NCBI RefSeq assembly: GCF_006345805.1 | Contig: NC_043003.1 | Coordinates: 17,732,001-17,796,000 of the forward strand | Source: Octopus sinensis | Taxonomy: Eukaryota | DNA: 64,000 nt | Reading direction: 5' to 3' | Shown: positions 62,491 through 64,000 of the stretch, piece after piece | Position numbering within the stretch: the stretch's first letter is position 1 | How the letters are laid out: each line of letters starts with the position of its first letter | Notes under the pieces: model-generated | The model's database searches: none | The model's input: the letters and a program-made list of their open reading frames with translations, nothing else | What the model was told of the DNA's origin: nothing | Position numbers and translations under genes: made by a program

Positions 62491-62719
62491 AAGACACCCT
62501 AACCACTAGGTGCATGGCTTAGTGGTTAGAGTATTGCAATCATGATCATAAGATAGTAGTTTCAGTTCCTAAACCAGGTGGTACATTGTGTTGTGCTTTT
62601 TTTTTTATTATTACAACTTATTACTCTTGTCCACCCAGCTGTAGATTAGTCCCAGTGGGGGCAGCTAACCTTGGCCATACTAATTTGCAAAGCACCTGTA
62701 AGTTATGAAGTATATTTAC

Positions 62720-63120
62720 TCATGAGCAGGCCTCACAGAGGTGCGGTGGCTGAGTTCCTCTCGAGCGTTTGGCTTCATGGAGGCAAAGTGGCCAAGTTCC
62801 TTTTGAGTGTTGGGCCTCATGGAGACAAATGACCAAAACCTTTGGCATTACGTCATGCTTGAGAAGAAGACCCATCAAGCTGAGCAAAATTGCAGTTGTG
62901 GCAGATACCAGTGTCACGCAAAAGGCACCTGTGCCTGTAGCATGTAAAAGCACCCATTACACTCTCGGAGTGGTTAGCGTTAGGAAGGGCATCCAGCTGT
63001 AGTAAGCCATGATAAAAACAAACTGGAGCCTGGTGCAGCCTTCCAGCATGCCAGCCCAGTCAAACTGTCCAACCCATGCCAGCATGGTCAACGGACGTTA
63101 AGTGATGATGAGAACAACAG
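62720..63120 (+). mobile_element. RTE-tail element
   Basis: gcacccattacactctcggagtgg...ccaacccatgccagcatgg and gatgatg end. Confidence 0.8.
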
Positions 63121-64000
63121 TAAAGTGTCTCATCTATCTTGCCCCATCTCTGTCACATCGTCCTTGCCCTCTCTCAATCGCATGGTCCCTGTCCCCTCTC
63201 TGTTACATGTTTGCCATCTTCCTTTTCTCTCTCTTTTCTCCATCTGAGGAAGCCATGTTCCTCTTGCAATGCAAGACACCCAGTCTGCCCTCAATACTAC
63301 CCCCACCGCACCATTTGAGGGATCTTGTCCTGCAAGTTACTTGGTGACTTCACTGATGCTACTACCATCTACAAAGACCCCACTACATTCTGTGAAGTGG
63401 TTGGTATTATGAAAGGCATCCAGCCACAGAAACCATGCTAAAACAGACGGCAGAACTTGGTGGGTGTCATCTTCAGATTTGCCTGTTCTTGTGAAACTGT
63501 CCAACCCATGCCAGCATGGAAAATGGGTATTAAATGATAATGATGATGATGGTGATGATGATCAGTATTTTTCTTGGACAAGTGTCTACTATAACCCTGG
63601 GTTAACTAAGGCTTTGTAAGTGAATTTGATTGATGTAAACTGAAAGACGCCCACCATGTGTGTGAGTGTGTATGTGTGTTTTACTATCTCCTTGTCATCA
63701 TGTGATAGTTGTAAACAAGTGTCACTGATATACAAGCGGTGTCCTCTGCTTACAATTTTCTTAGAAAATATATGTCTGGTCATGGAGAGGGTCAGCAACA
63801 GGTGTTGTAAGTTTCTAAAACTCTTTTACTTGATACAAAGGTGACTGTTTTTGTCTATATCATACCAAAACTTTTTGAACTCATAGCATCAGAATAGCTG
63901 TTGTATATTTGATTACAGAGTGAGGATCTTTTTTGAAATATAAAAAGAAAAAAAACAGCAAAGTTCTTTCACTGAGGCTGTCCAATTAAACAATACACGG

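Noticed and set aside
63715-63802. Protein-like frame DIQAVSSAYNFLRKYMSGHGEGQQQV ending at GTAAGT
   Set aside because: Sequence is homologous to repeat segments at 3310-3420 and 12840-12880; there is an in-frame stop upstream and a poor acceptor.

Overview
AT-rich, repeat-dense eukaryotic DNA. The repeat families look like those of Octopus (coleoid cephalopod); this is an inference from recalled SINE families, not a database result. Much of the window is retroposon and DNA-transposon debris: several tRNA-derived SINE families, RTE LINE fragments and their (GAT)n tails, a Penelope-like element with RT C-terminus and GIY-YIG domain, a HERO-like relic, two mariner relics, several MITEs and long microsatellites. 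Nearly all ORFs in the supplied track are microsatellite or transposon artefacts. No host gene could be named. There is a CpG-retaining domain at about 31-39.5 kb with a candidate first exon, and two low-confidence coding exon candidates (50644-50757 minus, 56866-56937 plus). The most unusual signal is a SINE-like unit with a Pol III tRNA head and a minimal hammerhead-like tail. It occurs twice as a head-to-head fold-back dimer (37.6-38.5 kb, with a 13-bp flanking direct repeat, and an older one at 50.0-50.5 kb), and in both cases the dimer centre holds an inverted copy of nearby DNA. Coordinates of degenerate repeats are approximate to within tens of bases.
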